Of a DNA stretch of 57,449 nucleotides, positions 1-9,624 are shown piece after piece. How positions within the stretch are numbered: the first letter of the stretch is position 1; every line of letters begins with the position of its first letter. The DNA lies in NCBI GenBank assembly GCA_963788655.1, contig CAWBHS010000091.1, positions 1 to 57,449 of the forward strand, in the 5' to 3' direction. Origin of the DNA: an uncultured Verrucomicrobiae bacterium (lineage in GTDB: Bacteria > Verrucomicrobiota > Verrucomicrobiia > Limisphaerales > JAFGQR01). Below the pieces are notes generated by a model that searched no databases, was not told the DNA's origin, and worked only from the letters and a program-made list of their open reading frames with translations. Both the position numbers and the translations under genes were made by a program.

Positions 1-412
1 GTGGCCGGCTTTTTGCCGCGGCATGTGCGGCAGCGCGGCGGCGATGCCATACAGCACGCCCTTGACGTTCACATCGAGGGTGCGTTCCCGAGTCCCTGGA
101 GCCGTTCAGGCGCTCAACCGGTGCAAGCGGCATGATGCCGGCATTGTTCAGCATCACGTCAATGCGACCGAACTGTTGCACGGCAGCATCCACCAGTTTT
201 TGCACCTGGTCGCGATGCGTCACGTCCGTGTCAACGGCAAGCGCCTGGCCGCCGTTTGACTCCATTTCGGCAGCCAATGATTGAATGCGTTCAACCCGCC
301 GTGCCCCGAGCACAACGGTTGCGCCTTGCGCGGAAAGATGCCGGGCTGTCGCTTCGCCCATTCCGCTGCTTGCTCCGGTGATGACAACGACTTTGCCTTG
401 GATGTTTTCCAT
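1..412 (-). CDS. SDR family NAD(P)-dependent oxidoreductase (runs off window; one frameshift near 95)
   Basis: Manual translation from ATG at 412: [26 protein letters not shown]...[18 protein letters not shown], then after a frame change [21 protein letters not shown]. TGxxxGxG and NNAG motifs present. Confidence 0.9.
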   Translation of the reverse strand, partial: MENIQGKVVVITGASSGMGEATARHLSAQGATVVLGARRVERIQSLAAEMESNGGQALAVDTDVTHRDQVQKLVDAAVQQFGRIDVMLNNAGIMPLAPVERLNGSRDSGTHPRCERQGRAVWHRRRAAAHAAAKSRP

Positions 413-620
413 GTTTGAATCCTTTCTTTCCGTACCGAAGGAGATCTTAGCAACGACTTTATTCCACACGCGCCCGGCGGTCGCACGGGGTCTTGCCAGA
501 CCGGTTGTGATCTTGCTCGAAAGTGCGGTGGCGTCGGACTTGAACAGAAGCAAACGAGGAAGGGCGACACAGTCTGGATTCAGAATGGTCAATGGATTCG
601 CGAATCAGTAGCCTCTCGTC

Positions 621-2098
621 ATGCTGTGACATTGACGACAACGCACGAGCCGGCGACCGACATCGGGTTATTTGCTCCGCAAGAATCCTGCGCGTCCGCA
701 GTCGTTCAGCCTTTCGTTTGGCAAAGCGCACGTCTTTTATCCCGAAGCCACGCGGAGCGATGCACGGTCGCATTGCTGGTGGAGGTTGATCCGGTGGGCC
801 TGGTGCGAAATCGGCGCGGGCCATCCGGCGAAGGCGGCGCGTTGGCGCAATACGTCAATGACCGACCCTACGCGGCTTCCTCTTTTTTCAGCGTCGCGAT
901 TGCGGAAGTTTCGGCAGCGCGCTCTCCGGCAAAAGCAAGGAGCGTCCGGAACTCGTGGACACCCATTCCGCTGCGTGTGAATTTTCCGCGCTGCCGTGTC
1001 GTGGCGGTGAGGAGTTTTTGCGAAAACTGTTTGAGCCGCTTGGCTACACTGTGTCCGCGCGCCGGCTGCCTCTTGATGAGAAGTTTCCCGATTGGGGAGA
1101 GAGCTCCTATTTCCAGGTCGAATGGATGCCGCGACTGCCATTGCAGCAGCTTCTATCGCATCTTTACGTGCTCGTGCCGGTGCTGGACAACGACAAGCAC
1201 TATTGGGTTAGCGATGACGAAGTGGAGAAACTTTTGCGTCACGGCGAAGGCTGGCTGGCGATCGCACCCCGAACGCGAAGCCATCACACGCCGCTATCTC
1301 AAACACCAGCGCAGCCTGGTGGACGACGCGCTCGCGCAACTCGCGGATGAAAGCGAACCCAATCCGGATGCCGCCGCCGAGACGCGCGATGCCGAGGAAG
1401 CGGCGCTGGAAGTCATCACTTCGTAGCAGCCGAGGTAACGAGGCTCAAACTTCTCAGCAAACGAGTCAGAGCCTCCTCACGTCGGCTGCTACAGGACGAA
1501 GGACATCACGCTCAACGAACAGCGTCTTGGCTCGGTGCTGGCCGCGTTGAAAGCCAGTGGCGCGACTCGCGTTTTGGACTTGGGCTGTGGTGAAGGCAGA
1601 TTGCTTCAAGCTTTGCTGAAGGAAAAGCAGTTCACCGAAATCGTCGGCATGGACGTGTCGCATCGCGCGCTCGAAATCGCCCATGACCGATTGCACTACG
1701 ACCGCCTGCCGCCCGTTCAGAAGGAACGCCTGCGCTTCCTTCACGGCTCGCTCATTTACCGCGACCAACGTCTCGCCGGCTTCGATGCCGCCGCCGTGGT
1801 GGAAGTGATCGAACACCTCGACGCCGCGCGTCTGGCTGCGTTCGAGCGCGTGCTGTTCGAGTGCGCCAAACCAAAGCACATCGTCATCACGACGCCCAAC
1901 CGCGAATACAACGTGAAGTGGGAAACGCTGCCCGCCGGCAAGTTTCGTCATCGCGACCATCGCTTCGAGTGGACACGCGCGGAATTTCAGGCTTGGGCAA
2001 ATGGTGTTGCCGCGCGCTTCGGCTACAACGTGCGCTTTCTGCCCGTCGGCCCGGAAGATTCGGCGGTCGGTTCGCCGACGCAGATGGGGAGTGTTTGA
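621..2098 (+). CDS. hen1: 3'-terminal RNA ribose 2'-O-methyltransferase Hen1 (several frameshifts; true stop probably 2111)
   Basis: Segments in alternating frames: LTLTTTHEPATDIG / LRKNPARPQSFSLSFGKAHVFYPEA / QYVNDRPYAASSF / LYVLVPVLDNDKHYWVSDDEVEKLLRHGEGWL. Methyltransferase domain VLDLGCGEG, EVIEHL, TPNREYN, FRHRDHRFEWTRAEF, GSPTQMG. Confidence 0.92.
1423..1492. repeat. REP-like palindromic element (class A, GTAGCAGCCGAC...) inside hen1
   Basis: Arms gtagcagccgaggtaacgaggctc (1423-1446) and gagcctcctcacgtcggctgctac (1469-1492) are complementary at 21/24 positions. A related copy lies at 18994-19063. Confidence 0.85.
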
Positions 2099-2137
2099 AA
2101 GGAAGGGTTAGTTCGATGTGCCAGAAACCAAACTCAA

Positions 2138-2230
2138 AGGGCTGAAAGCCCTGAAATATAATAGCCCAGGGCAAGCGAAGCCGCCCTGGGTAGCAAACAA
2201 CAAATTGAACAAGCCCTGTAAAGGGCGAAA
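2138..2230. repeat. REP-like multi-hairpin element (class B, GCCCTGAAAGGGC/TAGCCCAGGGC type)
   Basis: Hairpins agggctgaaagccct, cccagggc..gccctggg and gccctgtaaagggc just downstream of hen1. Confidence 0.65.
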
Positions 2231-2257
2231 GACAATCGGATGCTGGTGGAATGAAAA

Positions 2258-3687
2258 CCACTGTCATCCCACAGGAAATTGTAGAAAATTGGTTGAATTG
2301 ACGTGAGGTTCCTGCCACGCAGCAGGAATGAAAAAGAAAAAACACATCAATTCAACCAAGAGTAAACTCACCATCCTGCGGCAGATCTGCAACTTTATTC
2401 CGAGTTTTCTCGTCAGTTCCTTAGCCCGCAAGCATCACTCGGAAAAGGATGCGCGCACCTTCTCGCATTGGAGTCATGTTGTCAGTCTGCTCTTCGCCAA
2501 GCTGACGCATAGCTTTGGGCTCAACGATGTCTGTGACGCCTTAGGGCTCTACTCGGGGCCGTTGGCGAGCATTCGTGGGGCGACGCCCCCCAAGCGCAAC
2601 ACCCTTTCGCACGCCAATAAAGAACGCCCGGCGGCGATCGCCGAGGATTTGTTCTGGGGCACGCTGGAACATCTGCGGCAGCAGAGCCCGGGCTTCGGGC
2701 GGCGGCGGTTTCCCGGCAAACTACGCCAGCTCAAGCGCACGATTCACTTGTTGGATTCCACCGTCATCGAGTTGGTAGCCAACTGTCTGGATTGGGCGGC
2801 CCATCGCCGGCGCAAGGCGGCCGCCAAGTGTCACGTGCGCCTGAATTTCGAGACGTTGCTGCCGGGGTTTGTGGTGGTGGATGTGGCGCGGGAACATGAC
2901 AACGTGCGGGCCGTCCAAGCCACCGCGGGCCTGAAAACAGGGGAGATTTTGATCGTGGACCGGGGCTACGTGGACTTGAACCACTTTGCCCTCTGGTCGG
3001 CGCGGGGCGTGATTTGGGTGACCCGTTGGAAGGCCGGCTTGAAGTACGACTTGCTGGACCGGCGGCCGGTCAAACCCGGCGGCAAGGTGCTGGCCGATGA
3101 ATGGATCATGTTGAATGAGGGCGTGCAAGCCCGACGCATTACGGCCTTGGTGGAGGTGGACGGCCAGGAACGGGAGATGGTGTTTCTGACCAACCAACTG
3201 GAGTGGAGTGCGGAAACCATCGTCGCGCTCTATCAGGCGCGCTGGGAAATCGAGTTGTTCTTCAAGCAAATGAAACAGACCCTCAAGCTGTGCGATTTGA
3301 TGAGCTATAGTGCCAACGGGATTCGCTGGCAGGTATGGACGGCCTTATTGGTGCAACTGCTCATGAGATATCTGGCCTGGGCCAGTGGCTGGAGTCATAG
3401 CTTTGTCCGCCTCTATGCGGTGGTGCGCTCGATCTTATGGCGCAAACTCGATGTGATTGGGATTTTGCAAAGCTATGGGACAGCCGGAGGCAGCTATCGC
3501 TATCTGGCGCAGCCCGAACAGGCCTATTTACCCGGATTAGAGTAAGGCTATAGGACAGCAACCACGGACTTGAGCGGCGTCGGCAGGCACCCCAAAACTC
3601 TAAACGTTAATTTCCAGAACGGGCAGGAAAACCAACGGCAATCCGTGGAATTTCCGCGCTAGCGGTGTGCCCGTGGGAAGCCAGTGG
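2258..3687 (+). mobile_element. IS4-family insertion sequence
   Basis: Imperfect terminal inverted repeats ccactgtcatcccacagg (2258-2275) and cccgtgggaagccagtgg (3670-3687), 15/18 match, bracket an intact transposase. No target-site duplication visible. Confidence 0.85.
2328..3545 (+). CDS. IS4 family transposase (DUF4372-like N-terminus + DDE domain)
   Basis: 405 aa ORF with LDST, DRGY and YxxRWxIExxFK (LYQARWEIELFFKQMK) motifs. Confidence 0.95.
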   Translation: MKKKKHINSTKSKLTILRQICNFIPSFLVSSLARKHHSEKDARTFSHWSHVVSLLFAKLTHSFGLNDVCDALGLYSGPLASIRGATPPKRNTLSHANKERPAAIAEDLFWGTLEHLRQQSPGFGRRRFPGKLRQLKRTIHLLDSTVIELVANCLDWAAHRRRKAAAKCHVRLNFETLLPGFVVVDVAREHDNVRAVQATAGLKTGEILIVDRGYVDLNHFALWSARGVIWVTRWKAGLKYDLLDRRPVKPGGKVLADEWIMLNEGVQARRITALVEVDGQEREMVFLTNQLEWSAETIVALYQARWEIELFFKQMKQTLKLCDLMSYSANGIRWQVWTALLVQLLMRYLAWASGWSHSFVRLYAVVRSILWRKLDVIGILQSYGTAGGSYRYLAQPEQAYLPGLE

Positions 3688-4390
3688 TTCGGTTGAAGCT
3701 CTCCAAATACTTGGCTCGTACTTTTGTCAACGTGGTTTTCTCATCACGGTGGCGACGAAGGCAGCTCCAAAACAATGCCCCTGCCTCCCAGTCCAATACC
3801 TGCATTTCGCTTTGACGCCCAGTCTCATCCGCAAATCGATACGAGAAACTGTAGGGCAACTTGGGAATAACTTGGAACGTCTTACGCCACGCTTCCTCCG
3901 TAAACAGTTCGCCTTGGTGCGCCTGATTTCGCATCTCGGCAAGTTTGTTCGCATCCCACTCACGAGCTTCTTCCTCCCAAACAAAATCCAGAATCTTGGT
4001 GGGCCGGAAGACTGCCAAAGAAAGTGTATTTGCCTTCGCGCCTTCAATCAGTGTCCGCAAATGAGAATACACTTTCGCGTTTTGCAGAATGAACCTTCGG
4101 CGTTCTCGCCAGTTGTTTTCGGTGCCCATATGCTCAACCGGACGCAACTGCCTCATGTCTGCCGGATGACGTGTTTCTGGCCGCGGATCGGTGCGGCTCT
4201 TGATCAAATCGCATTCTAGCCAGTCAAATTTGCGATATTGTTCTGGATCCTCCAATCGCCGGAAGGGCACAGGATACATCCGCAGCCACGATCCATCCTC
4301 GCGCACCCCGGCCGTGCAAACCGTTTCGCCATATTTCCGCGAAAGTGTCGGGTAAGTTTTTACGGTGATAAGGATTCGCTCCTTGGACAT
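3688..4390 (-). pseudogene. DUF488-associated (dual-OB-like) protein, C-terminus cut by the IS
   Basis: MSKERILITVKTYPTLSRKYGETVCTAGVREDGSWLRMYPVPFR...DPRPET...LDWE. The frame runs into the IS right end at 3687 and stops at 3659 inside the IS. Confidence 0.7.
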
Positions 4391-4413
4391 ACCTTGTGCC
4401 TTGCTTTCGTCGC

Positions 4414-5306
4414 TCAAAGATGGTTCGCGGTCAGTCGTGCCCCACCAATATGTTCCAATGCTTCGGCCACGCAATGGCGGTGGCACTGCTGCGGCCAGCG
4501 TTCGAAACAGGTCAAGGCCACTCGCTCGCCTGCCGCCACGAAACCGCGAATATGTTCCAAAGTAATTTGCTGCTGCGGCAAGCTCTCCCGTTCGTATTTC
4601 ACAAACAGCGCATCGTAATCTGCTTGTGTGTGCAACTCCCGGCGTTGGTCTGACGCTATACCTAGTTCCGGTAAGTGTTCGTAGCGAATGCCAACGCCTT
4701 CGCACACCTTGCTCAACGTGCCCTTCGAGAACCCATACTTCCGGCTCAACGGGTTTCGGCGCACGTCGCACAACAACGTCACACCATCGCGCAACAGCTC
4801 GTTCAGGTAACTTTCGAGAGTGCGACCCTCGTAACCAATCGTCACCAACCCGGCGGGTTTGGGCTTGGGCTTGGCGGCATCAATGCGTGTCAGCGTCTTG
4901 GTTGCAAGCGATAGCTTATCCAGAATCTCACTCCGCGTCGCGAAGTAGGGATGCCGCACATATTGCTCGACGATCAATGCGTTGCCGCGCAACTGGCGAT
5001 GTTGCCGACAAAAGCCGCAACCCGTAGCGGTTCGACCGCTTGACGTCGGGCTGCGGTGCATCCCGCTTCCGTGAGATTCCAGTTCTGGTCGTCGTCCGCC
5101 AACATTCCTTCTTCAATTAGTTTCCGTTTGTCGGCGTAGGAGGTGAAGGAGAACGCGCCGAACTTGTACGGTACAAAGTCGTAGCTGGGCCGGGGTTCAA
5201 ATTCCTGGGTGTAGAGGAATAGCAGCTTTTGAAAGTCGGTGTGTCCCACCGGTTCGCGAATCGCGTCCAGTAATGTTAACAATAACCGTTGGCGCTCAAA
5301 AAGCAT
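4414..5306 (-). CDS. wHTH (SocA/Panacea-like) + DUF488 domain protein (one frameshift near 5010)
   Basis: N-terminus MLFERQRLLL...FQKLLFLY...YDFVPYKFGAFS. C-terminal DUF488 motifs TIGYEG, DVRRNPLSRKYGFSK, YEHLPELG, LTCFE..CHR. The frame change sits in a T homopolymer. Confidence 0.85.
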
Positions 5307-5579
5307 GGGGCAAGATAGCTCGACGGATGTCAGGAGGAAATACCAAAGGTTGAGTTGTTTCAACCTTCCCGGGTAACAGTTGCTTTTGGCACGCGGCGAC
5401 CTAGAGCATTTGAATGCTCAGAAACTACATGACGCGTTGCGTGCTTGTTTACCCGAAAATCAAAAACTTAGTTTCAGCCCTGTCCTTCTTCACCCGTGCA
5501 ATCCGATAAATCCGCGGTTTAGCTTTCCCTTTTATTGGATTGAACCATTTAAGCGCTTCCTCACCTTTGCCGCACTGCT

Positions 5580-6915
5580 TCACGGAATCACGAGCTTGGT
5601 GCGGATGAATTCCAGCGTCTTGGGCTGACGGAAATAGTTCGAATGATGCACCTCGTCCGTGGTGCCGAAGTCCAGCACGTTGGCCGGCTTGAGGTGAATT
5701 CGTCTGCCAGCTCGTCCATCGAATTGCAGTCCACCACCAGATCGTTGTCGCCTTCGAAAACGAGGTCGGCGGACCAGTCTTTCAGGCGGACCAACGGTTT
5801 GGAAAAGTAACGCCAGAATGCCCAGCCGGGACTCGTTGGTCTCGAAGTTCGCCTTCACGGCGTAATACTCGAGGTTGGCCGAGCCGGTGTAGGTGCGAAG
5901 GCGAAGGATCTCGCCATTGGTGCCGGCCAGGGATTGCGCGGCCAATCCGGGAATCATCGCCACCGCGGCATCAATGAGTGGCGCTTTGGCCACCACGCGC
6001 GTGATCGAGTTGATGATCCGCAAGATGCCACTGGCAAACGCAAAGAACGGCACGCCGCTCAACAAGCCAGTCCCGTGTTGCAGCACCTCGCCGACGTTGG
6101 TCAGGAAATTGATTGCGTTCTTCAGCCGGGCCGGCGCCGCCAAACTGGTGCCGGCGATGGGCGAGGCGACCAGCACGGCGCGGAGCTTGGTGCGCGGATC
6201 GGCAAAGCCTTCCAGCCACCAGCGCGTCACCAGTCCGCCGCGGCTGTGGCAGATCACGTCCACGCTTTCCGGCGCCTCGCGCAGCAAGGCCGCCAATTCG
6301 AAGGCGTTCAGTACCGGACTGACGCCCACGGTGGGATGGTCGAAAGTCAGGACTCGATCGTATTTCTTCCGCGCGGCCGCGAGGAACTTGTGGCCGGTGC
6401 CGTTGGACGCCGCCTGGACTTCGCCCAGTACGTGGTCGCAATTGCTGAAGGTGCCGTGGATGAACAAGAGGATCTTTTTCCCGCTCGTCGCACCGCGAAA
6501 GGGAACCATTGCGGAGCCGTTCCACTCGCGCAAGCCGTAGGCGCGATCCGCTTGATTCTCGAGGGTGAGCTTGCGGTCCAGGGCTTGGAGGGCGGAACCC
6601 ACCTTGGACGGCTCGATTTTCTCATAGACAAACTGGTGCAGTGACCTGTCCCGGCACCACCGCTGCCCGGCCTGCCCGGCGTCGTCCACCACGCCAATAA
6701 GGCGTCACCGCGCCTTCCTCCCAACGCAAGACGCCGTCATTGCGGCGGGTGAGCGTGAGTTGGTCCACGCCGCTGGTGTCCGGCCGGAGGCCCGCGCGGC
6801 GCGAGGGTTTGAGAATGCCCGCGGGGAGCTGGCCGAAGGAATACACGCCCAACGGTTCGGCGGCGCGGCAGATTTGGTCCACCAGCGCCTGGTCGGCTGA
6901 AGGTTCAGGTAGCAT
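5580..6915 (-). CDS. alpha/beta-hydrolase (lipase/PGAP1-like) with N-terminal extension (frameshifts near 6640, 5830, 5700)
   Basis: LFIHGTFS, FDHPT, nucleophile elbow CHSRGG, SPIAGT, NDLVVD and VHHSNYF give a Ser-Asp-His triad when the frames are joined. Starts 12 bp after the upstream stop. Confidence 0.85.
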
Positions 6916-6927
6916 AAGCGAGCCGGG

Positions 6928-9267
6928 TTAATCGTTGCGGTCGTAAATGGGCAGGGGCGTCACGCCATGATTGCGCGCGGTTTGCACATCGACCATCGCG
7001 TCAAACAGGGTTTGGTCCTGCAAATTGTTCAGGCCCGCGCCGCCGGCTTCGTCGAAGGCGGCTTGTTGCGTGAGCAGCGTCGCTTCCAGTGGCACGAGGT
7101 CGCCGCTTTGGAGGGCCGGCACCAATTCGGCGTAGCCGGCGCTGCCGCCCACCATCCAGGCTTCGTCTTGACCCTCGTTGGTCCAGTCCTTGTGCGCGGC
7201 TTGTTGCGTGCCTTCCACGGCTTGGGCGTAACCAAACCGCTCGAACATGTCGTGCTTGTCGGGGCTGCGCCAATAGCCGGGGAAGGCGTGTCCGCGGATC
7301 AGGAAGATCACCGGGTAAATCCCGACGTATTCAAGGCAGGCGGCATACAGTAACGCCAAGTCAATGCACGTGCCGCGTTGCTCGGTCAGAATCCGATCCG
7401 GGGTGCGAATGCGTTGTGAGAGGTCCGTGTAGGTTGGCGGGGGATTGATGTAGCTGAGCGGGCAATCATAGATCAGAGCCGTCCACAGGGCGCGCGCTTG
7501 CAAGTCCACAACCCCCAGCGGATCGGTGGGGTCCGCGCCGACGCTTTGGTAACCGTCGAAGCCGGCCCCGCGATCGTCCGCCAGGACGGTCAGGTAACGC
7601 TGGGCGCCCGCGATGATGCGGGCGATGCCTTTGTCTTCGGGCATCACGAACGACGGCAGCCAGCAACGGTCCTGGTCGGTGTCCCGCCATTCATCGACCG
7701 GCGGCAAGGTAACCTGGTGGGTGTCGCGGTACACGTCCACGCCGCCGCAGGTTACCTCGACGAAAATCGTGGTGCGAATGCTCTCGCGCGATTGCCGTAG
7801 CAACGCCGACACCAGCGGCACGCGCACCACGGAGCGGAGGTCCAGGCGCCAGGTATCGGCTTCCAGGTTGCGCGTCAATCGATACGGGAACGTCACGTCG
7901 CCGGCGTAGAGTTCCACGGCAATCCGGATGCCGCGCAACCGGCCCGGTTTCAGTTTCTGAAGAATAAAGGTTTCAAAGAGATCGCGGTTGTTGTGCAGCA
8001 GGGAATAATTGAGCTGCGGTTCGGGTTTCACCTGAACTTCGAGCACTTCCCGCGGATCCTGTTTCGCCAAATCCGTATCGTCCGACGCGATCCTGCCGGC
8101 GGTTGGCACGCGGGGCACGGCCTTGGGTTTGGCCAGCAGCGAGTGGTCACTCCACAACACGATTCCTGCCTGCCGGCCCAGCGGGTGTGACACCAAGCGT
8201 TGGCGCGCATGTTGAAACGCGGCGAGCACGTTCCAACGGGAAGATCGCCAGGTGCTGTAGAAATCCGCATAAAACTGTTCGGCCACGGTATCGTCGATGA
8301 GATCCTGAAAGCCGATTGCCAGGCGGGCGCCACCTTCGGCCACGGCGAGCGCCGCCAGGCGGGCGGCGGCATTCCAGCAGTTGAACGCCACGAGCAGGAC
8401 TTGGTGCTCCGGCGGACGCAGGGCGTGCGCCAGTTCGAGCGGCTTGATGATGGCCGCGCTGTTGGCGCCACCGCGCAGCAGGAATCCGTCGGCTTGTTCC
8501 GGATTGTCCAACCCGATCAGCATTTCGCCCTGATGCACATCCACACCGGTGAGGTGAATGACGTGCGGGCGCCGGGTGGCGATGGCCTCAGCCAGTTGCT
8601 CGAGACTGGGATCGGTCAGCATGCTTTGGCAGGCCTGCGGCCCGGCATCGGTCAAGCCCAGCGCGCTGTGAACCAGGCGGCACTCGGAAGCAAAGGAATA
8701 ATACCCGGCCAATCTGCCGGGCGCACTTTGGGCAAACATCAATTGCGAGGGATGATCCACCGCGGTCACGGGGGACGGGGCGATTCGTTCAATCATGCGC
8801 ACCACCGTGATCCCCCGGTCGCCGCGAAGAGCCTTGGTGGCATGGGCGATGACTCCTTCCCAGGGGAAAATGCGCGCCGCCCAACCGAGGTCTTCGCGTT
8901 TGTACGGAATCCGCACCTCCACGACGCCGGCTTCGGCAAACCGGCGCAAGGTTTCCTGGTCCACGCCCATTTTCTGCAAATCCGCCGTGCTCCGTTCCAT
9001 CAGCCCCTGCCGGGTGTCGTCCGTAATGCGCCGACGGTTGCTTACGATGTAACTCCAATACCGCGCGGCGCCGTAGAAATCCCAATCATTGATTTTTAAC
9101 CGGAAGACCGGCACGTCCTTGGCATGGAAGGCGATTTCGTAGCTTTCCCGGCGCCGGGGTGATGCGGGGGCGCAGGTTGGGTGGGAGTGCCGCCGCGATT
9201 TGGAAGCGGGCTTGGATTTTTTCGCCGTCCTGGCTCGCGGGCTTTTTGAGGAAGATTTTTTGGGCAT
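6928..9267 (-). CDS. CHAT-like (caspase-fold) domain + beta-sandwich + transglutaminase/papain-like domain protein
   Basis: ATG 9267 with AAGGAG SD upstream. CHAT-like hallmarks FPWE, RPHVIHLTGVD, LVAFNCW, AIGFQDLIDDTVAEQFYADFY. C-half has DGYQS, SYINPPP, QRIRTP, RGTCIDLALLYAACLE, GHAFPGYW, LEATLL, DVQTARNHGVTPLP. Confidence 0.75.
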   Translation of the reverse strand: MPKKSSSKSPRARTAKKSKPASKSRRHSHPTCAPASPRRRESYEIAFHAKDVPVFRLKINDWDFYGAARYWSYIVSNRRRITDDTRQGLMERSTADLQKMGVDQETLRRFAEAGVVEVRIPYKREDLGWAARIFPWEGVIAHATKALRGDRGITVVRMIERIAPSPVTAVDHPSQLMFAQSAPGRLAGYYSFASECRLVHSALGLTDAGPQACQSMLTDPSLEQLAEAIATRRPHVIHLTGVDVHQGEMLIGLDNPEQADGFLLRGGANSAAIIKPLELAHALRPPEHQVLLVAFNCWNAAARLAALAVAEGGARLAIGFQDLIDDTVAEQFYADFYSTWRSSRWNVLAAFQHARQRLVSHPLGRQAGIVLWSDHSLLAKPKAVPRVPTAGRIASDDTDLAKQDPREVLEVQVKPEPQLNYSLLHNNRDLFETFILQKLKPGRLRGIRIAVELYAGDVTFPYRLTRNLEADTWRLDLRSVVRVPLVSALLRQSRESIRTTIFVEVTCGGVDVYRDTHQVTLPPVDEWRDTDQDRCWLPSFVMPEDKGIARIIAGAQRYLTVLADDRGAGFDGYQSVGADPTDPLGVVDLQARALWTALIYDCPLSYINPPPTYTDLSQRIRTPDRILTEQRGTCIDLALLYAACLEYVGIYPVIFLIRGHAFPGYWRSPDKHDMFERFGYAQAVEGTQQAAHKDWTNEGQDEAWMVGGSAGYAELVPALQSGDLVPLEATLLTQQAAFDEAGGAGLNNLQDQTLFDAMVDVQTARNHGVTPLPIYDRND

Positions 9268-9624
9268 GTTCCGCTCCTTGCTGCGCGTAATGGGTTGATG
9301 ATCGTGTCGTCGCCGTCCGTTCAATCGATTCAGTCCTAAGACATTGCGATGCAGAGCATAGAAGAAACGTATGGTTGGTGGCAACGGCAAAGTGGCGGAG
9401 GCCGGTTCGATCGGGGGGGCGCTCCTGTCGTTCGGCGCAGGCTTCGGTCGCTTCACTGTTGCGGTTAGGCAATACTGGCAACTGGCCAAACCACTGGGGC
9501 AAGAGGAACTTTAAGCGGTTTTCCGTTGCAATTGTGGTTCAGACGACTGCCAGTCCGCGATACCCCAAATTGAAAATCTGCGCTACGCCTAGCGTTACCA
9601 GCCAGGCGTTTCGTAGTTCCGCCA

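Noticed and set aside
4391..4771. Extended start of the 370-aa ORF (3659-4771)
   Set aside because: It overlaps DUF488 in another frame; recognisable sequence begins at MSKERIL (4390).
9268..9489. N-terminal extension of the 853-aa ORF call and the overlapping 138-aa ORF
   Set aside because: An AAGGAG SD precedes ATG 9267, and the upstream translation has no recognisable protein features.
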